Source: an uncultured delta proteobacterium
GTDB lineage: Bacteria > Myxococcota_A > UBA9160 > UBA4427
Assembly (NCBI GenBank): GCA_963822965.1
Contig: CAWGJT010000013.1
Coordinates: 96,001-160,000, forward strand
Direction: 5' to 3'
DNA: 64,000 bases
Shown here: positions 58,147 to 64,000 of the stretch, in pieces
Numbering within the stretch: the stretch's first letter is position 1
Layout: every line of letters begins with the position of its first letter
The notes under the pieces: generated by a model
Told to the model about the DNA's origin: nothing
The model's input: the letters and a program-made list of their open reading frames with translations, nothing else
Databases searched by the model: none
Position numbers and translations under genes: made by a program

Positions 58147-59796
58147 ATGCGTGTCGCCATCGCACAGGTGAACCCCACCGTCGGCGCCCTGGCCGAGAAC
58201 CGGAAGCTCGTGGAGCGCGCGGCCGACGACGCCGTCGCCGCCGGCGCCGACCTGGTGGTCCTGCCGGAAATGGTGCTCACCGGCTACCCACCGATGGACC
58301 TGCTGGAGCGGGACGGCTTCGTGCGCGACCAGCTGCGGGAGCTGGCGCTGCTGGAGAAGGCCTCGAAGCGGGTCGCGATCGCCCTCGGCGCGGTGCTGCC
58401 CCTGCCCGAGGGCCGGCCGAAGCAGCTGGTGAACGCCGCCGTGCTGCTGGCGGGGGGCGAGCGGCGGGCCGTGCAGGCCAAGACCCTGCTGCCCACCTAC
58501 GACGTCTTCGACGAGAACCGCTACTTCACGTCGGCCGAGAAGCGCGAGGCCGTTCGCCTGTCCGGGAGCGAGACGGTGCTCGGCCTGTGCGTCTGCGAGG
58601 ACACCTGGGTCGAGACCCGCCCGTACGCGGAGAATCCCGTCGAGGACCTGGCGCGCTCCGGCGCCAACGTGATCCTGAACCCGTCGGCCTCCCCCTGGCA
58701 CGTGCGCAAGCCCGTCGCGCGACGCGCCATGCTGGCCCGGCTGGCGGCGCAGCACGGTCTTCCCATCGTCTTCGTCAACCAGGTGGGGGGAAACGACGAG
58801 CTGGTCTTCGACGGCGCCTCCTTCGTGGTCGATCCCCAGGGCCGCGTGCACGCCCAGCTGCCGATGTTCGAGACGGCCTTCGCGGTGGTCGACCTGCCCC
58901 TGGGCGACGCCAGCGTGCTGGCGCCCGAGGCGTGCCCGGATCTCGAGGCCGTCGCCCAGCTCGAGGGAGCGCTGGTGCTCGGCATCCGCGACTACTTCTA
59001 CAAGCAGGGCCTGCCCCCGGGCGCGGTCATCGGCCTCTCGGGCGGCGTCGATTCCGCGGTGACCGCCCACCTGGCCGTCCGGGCCCTGGGCGCGGAGCGC
59101 GTGCTGGGTCTCGCGATGCCCGGTCCGTTCTCCTCGGAGCACAGCGTGAGCGACGCCCTCGCCCTGGGTCGCAACCTCGGCATCGAGGTGCGCGTCGTCG
59201 ACATCCGCCCCGTGTACGACGCGTACCGGGGCGTCTTCCGCGAGCTCTTCGGCGAGCGGGACGACTACGGTCTCACCCAGCAGAACATCCAATCGCGCAT
59301 CCGCGGCGCGACGGTGATGGCCGTGTCCAACGAGGAAGGCCGCCTGGTGCTCGCCACCGGGAACAAGAGCGAGCTCTCCGTCGGCTACTGCACCCTCTAC
59401 GGCGACACCGTGGGGGGAATCGGCGTGCTGGGCGACGTCTACAAGCGCGACGTCTACGAGCTCGCCCGCTACGCGAACCGCGACGGCGAGCGCATCCCGC
59501 TGCGCACCATCGACAAGCCCCCTTCCGCCGAGCTCGCCCCCGACCAGCTCGACACCAACGAGCTCCCCCCGTACGAGATCCTGGACGCCGTGCTCGAGCA
59601 GGCCATCGAGGGCGGGCACGGCGCCGCGGGCATCGTGCTGCCGCCGGCCTGCACCCGGGAGGTGGCCGACGCGATCGTCCGACGCCTCGACCGCAACGAG
59701 TACAAGCGCCGCCAGATGCCGCTGGTGCTGCGCACCTCGCCCAAGGCGTTCGGATCGGGACGCCGGCTGCCCATCGTGCATCGTTACGGGAGCTGA
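58147..59796 (+). CDS. nadE: Glutamine-dependent NAD+ synthetase
   Basis: CN-hydrolase domain (PE, K..LP.Y.VFDE.RYF, VCED) plus SGGVDS, NIQSRIRG, TGNKSE, PSAEL. Confidence 0.96.
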   Translation: MRVAIAQVNPTVGALAENRKLVERAADDAVAAGADLVVLPEMVLTGYPPMDLLERDGFVRDQLRELALLEKASKRVAIALGAVLPLPEGRPKQLVNAAVLLAGGERRAVQAKTLLPTYDVFDENRYFTSAEKREAVRLSGSETVLGLCVCEDTWVETRPYAENPVEDLARSGANVILNPSASPWHVRKPVARRAMLARLAAQHGLPIVFVNQVGGNDELVFDGASFVVDPQGRVHAQLPMFETAFAVVDLPLGDASVLAPEACPDLEAVAQLEGALVLGIRDYFYKQGLPPGAVIGLSGGVDSAVTAHLAVRALGAERVLGLAMPGPFSSEHSVSDALALGRNLGIEVRVVDIRPVYDAYRGVFRELFGERDDYGLTQQNIQSRIRGATVMAVSNEEGRLVLATGNKSELSVGYCTLYGDTVGGIGVLGDVYKRDVYELARYANRDGERIPLRTIDKPPSAELAPDQLDTNELPPYEILDAVLEQAIEGGHGAAGIVLPPACTREVADAIVRRLDRNEYKRRQMPLVLRTSPKAFGSGRRLPIVHRYGS

Positions 59797-59951
59797 AGAC
59801 GCTGCGGGAATCCTCCTCCGGCCGCGACGGTCAACCTCTGCACCGGCGACAGCGATGGCACGGCAGCTCGTCTCCTGAGGGCGTCGTCCGGGACCGGATC
59901 CTCCGCGCGCTCTCCCGCCGGAATCCCCGCGTCGTCCAGGGAGCGGTCATC

Positions 59952-61520
59952 GTGGTCGCGGGATTCGCGGCGAGCCGGCTGCTGGCGTGGCACCTGGGCG
60001 TACGGTTCGACGCCGCTCCCCTCGACTACTTCTGGCAGTACCTGGATCCGACCCTGCTGCGCAGCGACCTGGCCCGCAGCCTGCTCCACCTGCACAGCCA
60101 GCCTCCCGGGTTCAACGCGCTGCTCGGGATCGTCCTCAAGCTCCCGGGAGACTCGAGCCTCGCGTTCGCGTGGCTCTACCGGGCGATCGGCCTGGCGACG
60201 GCACTCGGGCTCTTCGGGGTGCTCGTGAAGCTCGGGGCGGAGCCGCGGCGCGCGGGCCTCGGGGTGGTGATCTTCGCCGCCAGCCCCACCGCGGTCCTCT
60301 ACGAGAGCTGGCTCTTCTATACGCACGTGGTGGCGGCGCTGCTCGTGGCCTCGGCGTGGCTCGCCCACGCGCTCGTTCGCCACGGCCGGGTGCGCGACGC
60401 CGTCCTGCTCGCGGGGGCCGGCGCCGCCCTGGCCTGCACCCGCAGCCTCTTCCACCTGGCGTGGCTCTCGGCGGTGCTGGCCGGCGCGCTGTGGCTGGTG
60501 CGCCGGCAGCAGCCCGCGCGCAGAACCGGGAAGCTGGCCCTCGCGATGGTGCCGGCGCTGCTGCTGGTGGTGTCCGTCCACGCGAAGAACGCCATCGTCT
60601 TCGGCAGCCCGGCCTCGAGCACGTGGCTCGGGATGAGCCTGGCCAAGCTCACCACCCAACGCCTGGATCCCGCCGTCCGGGCGCGGCTCGTGGGCGATGG
60701 AGAGCTCTCCCGGGCGGCCCTCGTCAAGCCGTTCTCGCCCCTGTGGAAGTATCCGCCGGAGCTCACGAAGACGAGCTACCACGGCCACCCGGCCCTCGAT
60801 CGGATCGTCAAGCCCGGCAACTACACGAACTTCAACAACGGCGCCTACGTGGAGCTGAATCGCCTCTACCTGCAGGACGCGCTCTACACGATCCGCCACT
60901 TTCCGGGCGTCTACCTGGCCGGGGTGGGACGCGGGCTGCTGCTCTACGGGATCCCCCCCAGCCAGTACCGCTTCCTGCGGGCCAACCAGGCCGCCTACCG
61001 GCCGGTCGACCGCGTCTTCGAGTGGCTCACGGGCGTCCCCGAGGCCTTCACGGGCGCGCGGCACCCGGAAGCGCTCGGCGACCCGGTCTACCTGCTGCGC
61101 CGCATCCGCTGGCTGTACCTGGCGGTGCTGGTGGCCTCGATGGGATGGGCGCTCGTGCGCTGCCGGAGGCTGCCCGCCGACCCCGACTCGGACGCCGAGC
61201 GGGGCGTGCTGCTCTTCTGTCTGGCGAGCGCGCTGTGGGTGGGCGTGGTCGCGAACGCCTTGGAGCTGGGGGAGAACCAGCGCTTCCACGCGATGGTGGC
61301 GCCGCTGCACTTCCTGCTGATCGGGTGGATGCTGGAGCGAGCCGTCCAGCGCTGGCAGGCGCGCCGCCGGGCGGCGCGGGGGGCAGGTGCAGCTCAGGCG
61401 GTAGCGCCGGCGCCCGCGGCCTCTTCGCCTCCGGCCTGCCGGACGTTCTCGGCGCGGGCGCCGCGCGGGCCCTCCTGGACCACGTATTCCACGTTGTCGC
61501 CCTCGGACAGGGCGTCGTAG
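59952..61520 (+). CDS. Polytopic membrane protein, possibly a GT-C fold glycosyltransferase; start uncertain
   Basis: Many TM helices with HSQPP, LYESWLFY and ENQRF loop motifs and a large periplasmic loop; 3' end overlaps the convergent gene. Confidence 0.6.
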   Translation: MVAGFAASRLLAWHLGVRFDAAPLDYFWQYLDPTLLRSDLARSLLHLHSQPPGFNALLGIVLKLPGDSSLAFAWLYRAIGLATALGLFGVLVKLGAEPRRAGLGVVIFAASPTAVLYESWLFYTHVVAALLVASAWLAHALVRHGRVRDAVLLAGAGAALACTRSLFHLAWLSAVLAGALWLVRRQQPARRTGKLALAMVPALLLVVSVHAKNAIVFGSPASSTWLGMSLAKLTTQRLDPAVRARLVGDGELSRAALVKPFSPLWKYPPELTKTSYHGHPALDRIVKPGNYTNFNNGAYVELNRLYLQDALYTIRHFPGVYLAGVGRGLLLYGIPPSQYRFLRANQAAYRPVDRVFEWLTGVPEAFTGARHPEALGDPVYLLRRIRWLYLAVLVASMGWALVRCRRLPADPDSDAERGVLLFCLASALWVGVVANALELGENQRFHAMVAPLHFLLIGWMLERAVQRWQARRRAARGAGAAQAVAPAPAASSPPACRTFSARAPRGPSWTTYSTLSPSDRAS

Positions 61521-61897
61521 TCGGCCGCGTTGAGGCCGGAGCGATGGAAGAAGACCTCCTTGCCGTCGTCTCCCCGGATGAAGCCGAAGCCGCGGTCGCG
61601 GACCATTTTCTTGATCTTTCCCCGGCACTTGGGGCCGCTGGGGGCCTGGGGCTGCGCGGTGCCACGGCGCCGCCCGCGTCCCCGGCTGCGCCCCCGACTG
61701 CCGCCGCTTCCCCGGAACCGGTCGGTGGAGACGAACTCGTCCCGGAACAGCTGGAGCGGGACGGTGAGGTCCTGGAGACCGGTCTGCTCCGGAGAGAGGA
61801 GCACCTCGTCGTCGCCCATCTCGACCACGCTGTAGCGCAAGCCGGTGTTCTTGTGGGTCACGAACAGACCGGATTCGATCTCGTCGAGAGCAAGCAT
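61394..61897 (-). CDS. Cold-shock-domain protein with N-terminal extra domain and RG-rich linker
   Basis: C-terminal GKIKK..RDRGFGFI...VFFHRS; GSGGSRGRSRGRGRRR linker; GAGG RBS. Confidence 0.85.
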   Translation of the reverse strand: MLALDEIESGLFVTHKNTGLRYSVVEMGDDEVLLSPEQTGLQDLTVPLQLFRDEFVSTDRFRGSGGSRGRSRGRGRRRGTAQPQAPSGPKCRGKIKKMVRDRGFGFIRGDDGKEVFFHRSGLNAADYDALSEGDNVEYVVQEGPRGARAENVRQAGGEEAAGAGATA

Positions 61898-62082
61898 GGC
61901 AGGACCTCACTGGTGCAGGGCGGCAGGGCACGGCGCGAACTGGTCTGCGGCCGAAGGCTGGCCCTCGGGGGAGAGAGCCGGCGGGCGGCGCAGGGTAGGA
62001 CAGAGTGCCTGTCGCGGTCAATTCGAGCGCGGCGCGGCTCTCAGTGGGCCCCTGCGGCAGACCCGGCCGCGGCGCGCAGAGC

Positions 62083-63039
62083 TCAGTAGAAGACGCTGCG
62101 GGCCCGGTGCCGGTTCCTGCGCTTGACGGTCGGGCTCTGACCACGGTTCCAGAGCACCCGGTCGAGCCCGCGCGCCGTGGCCGACGGCACGCCGGCGAGC
62201 CGGACGACCATCCGCTCGACGGCGTGCAGGGCGACGGCCCGGATCTCCACCTCCTCGGGGCTCCCCGGGACGAGCAGCTCCGCCGCGTCGATCCGGCGGG
62301 CCAGGGACGCCTCGTAGCGGAGCACCCCTTCGCAGCGCAGCACGTGGGGCACGAGGTTGTCCGCGAAGATGGTGAGATCGTCGAGATCGGCGAAGGCACC
62401 CGGGCCGCAGCCGCCGAAGGCCGTCGCGAGGTCGGCGACCGTGATCTGGCCGCGCTTGTAGAACGGCACCTCGAGGTCGTCGTATCGGGCGACGTCGCGG
62501 TAGAGGGGCATCTCGGCGAGCAGCCGGACGAGCCCCTCGGCTCGGCCTTCGGCGCGCGCGACGAGCCCCTCGAAGGAGCCGCCGCAGCGGCTCTGCAGGT
62601 AGCCGCCCAGGTCGACGAGGGAGCGGGCGAACAGCGCCATCAGCTGCGCGACCTCGGCGTGGCCCGGGTCCTGGCCGAACACCTGGCTGCAGGTCCCGGG
62701 CGTGAGCCGCGCGAGCTCCGCGGGGCTCCAGGCACCGTGGCGCTCGAAGTGGCGCCGCAGCGCGGTGGCGATGGTGAAGTAGCCGGATCGCCCCTCCGGC
62801 TTGCGCAGCACCGGAAACCAGCCCGAGCCGAAGTTCACCGCGTCGAGGGTCACGACGAAGGCGAGGGTCTCGGCGTCGCTCCCGAGGCGCACGTGGGCCG
62901 GATCGTCGGCGTCCGGCGCCTCGAGCCCGGGTGCCAGCTCCCGGGCCAGCTCCCCGGCCCGGGCGTCGTCGAGGTGGACGAAGCGGGCGCGCGCCGCCAC
63001 CTCGCGAGCGGCGGCGCGAATCTCGCCGAACAGGCTCAC
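62083..63039 (-). CDS. Queuosine salvage protein (DUF2419/Qng1-like)
   Basis: LDAVNFGSGW, SGYF, PFYKRGQI, LTIFADNLVPHVL, EEVEIRA, LD..LW. Confidence 0.85.
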   Translation of the reverse strand: MSLFGEIRAAAREVAARARFVHLDDARAGELARELAPGLEAPDADDPAHVRLGSDAETLAFVVTLDAVNFGSGWFPVLRKPEGRSGYFTIATALRRHFERHGAWSPAELARLTPGTCSQVFGQDPGHAEVAQLMALFARSLVDLGGYLQSRCGGSFEGLVARAEGRAEGLVRLLAEMPLYRDVARYDDLEVPFYKRGQITVADLATAFGGCGPGAFADLDDLTIFADNLVPHVLRCEGVLRYEASLARRIDAAELLVPGSPEEVEIRAVALHAVERMVVRLAGVPSATARGLDRVLWNRGQSPTVKRRNRHRARSVFY

Positions 63040-63989
63040 CGGCCCGCGGTGGCCCCCGGTAGCCCGGCGCCGAAGAGCGTGACCGCCTTGGGCAGCAGCT
63101 CGATGCCGAGCGGCAGGGTCCCGAGGCCCTCTCCGTCCACGTCGATCCAGACCGGTGCGGTGGACGAGGACCGGGCCTCGATGCGTGCGGCGCGGTGGAC
63201 GGACACGGCGGGGTGCGAGAGATGGGTGCCCCGGTAGAGCGAGGGCAGGGCGGCGACGAGCGCCGCCCTGGACATCTCGCGGACCACGACCAGATCGAGC
63301 AGGCCGTCGTCGGGCAGGGCGTCGGGCGCGATGTGCATGCCGCCGCCGAAGTAGCGGCCGTTGGCGGCGGCGGCGAGCACCAGGGGGCCGTCGAACACGG
63401 GCACGCCGTCCGCCGCGATGGCGACCCGCGCGCAGCGGTAGCGGGCGATGCTGCCGAGGGCACCCAGCAGGAACGCGAAGCTGCCGCCCAGGAAGTGAGG
63501 CGCCCGCTCGACCAGCTCGACGGTGAGCCCGCTGAGGCCGAAGCTCGTGACGTTGAGGGACCAGGCGACGCGCTCGGCGCCGGAGGGATCGCGGTAGCTG
63601 ATCCGTGAAGCGTCGAGCCTTCGGGTGGCGCCGCGGCCGAGCGCCTCGATGGCCGCCGGCAGGTCGGCCGGGATGCCCAGGGTGCGCGGCAGGTCCCGGC
63701 CGGTGCCCATGGGCAGGATGCCCACCTGGGCCTCGTGGGCGACGCCCGCGGCGAGCAATCCGCTCACCACCTCGCTGGTGGTACCGTCGCCGCCCGCCAC
63801 CACCAGCCGCTGCACGCCTGCGCGCACCGCGTCCCGTGCGATGCGCTCCGCGTCGCGGCGGCCGAGGGTGCGCTGGACGTCGAACTCGCCCAGGGTGGCG
63901 CGCAGCTGGGGCTCCACCTCGCGCCAGCGCCGCCCCGTCGCCCCGCCGGCGCTGTGGGGGTTGATGACGACCAGCGTCTTCGCGGGCAA
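63036..63989 (-). CDS. Diacylglycerol kinase family lipid kinase
   Basis: INPHSAGG, AGGDGT, PMGTG.DL, NGRYFGGG, DGE. Confidence 0.92.
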   Translation of the reverse strand: MPAKTLVVINPHSAGGATGRRWREVEPQLRATLGEFDVQRTLGRRDAERIARDAVRAGVQRLVVAGGDGTTSEVVSGLLAAGVAHEAQVGILPMGTGRDLPRTLGIPADLPAAIEALGRGATRRLDASRISYRDPSGAERVAWSLNVTSFGLSGLTVELVERAPHFLGGSFAFLLGALGSIARYRCARVAIAADGVPVFDGPLVLAAAANGRYFGGGMHIAPDALPDDGLLDLVVVREMSRAALVAALPSLYRGTHLSHPAVSVHRAARIEARSSSTAPVWIDVDGEGLGTLPLGIELLPKAVTLFGAGLPGATAGR

Positions 63990-64000
63990 GTCGGGTCAGC

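Noticed and set aside
1..64000. Mobile elements, prophage, tRNA or rRNA genes
   Set aside because: No transposase, integrase, phage structural genes or recognisable tRNA/rRNA sequences were seen

Overview
A very GC-rich bacterial window. Gene content and style suggest a Myxococcota-like diderm, which is inference only. The left part (about 1-26.4 kb) is a cell-surface/exosortase (PEP-CTERM) island. It contains an exosortase-EpsI fusion, a PrsT-like TPR lipoprotein and three PEP-CTERM proteins with cohesin-like bodies. Two of these directly follow small secreted dockerin-only proteins, and a sigma54/IHF-type promoter precedes the first pair. The island also holds four Thr-nucleophile sulfatase-like enzymes, an S8 protease, an MFS/spermidine-synthase fusion and an FG-GAP/ASPIC-UnbV lipoprotein whose N-terminus looks like a tandem histone fold. 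The right part (26.5-64 kb) is mostly housekeeping: a divergent citrate-synthase pair, frmA, GST, thiolase, YqgE, a tandem PilZ protein, csp, a PBP, Nfu, an RlmD-type methylase, a moaD-aor-moeA-moeA cluster, DHH, PCD, nadE, a queuosine-salvage protein and a lipid kinase. It also carries a 68-bp tandem array and a roughly 480-nt densely base-paired intergenic region that may be an ncRNA. The best novelty candidates are (1) a duplicated dockerin + cohesin-PEP-CTERM surface display module, (2) the exported histone-fold doublet and (3) the structured RNA candidate. All domain calls are by-eye motif recognition; no database search was run.
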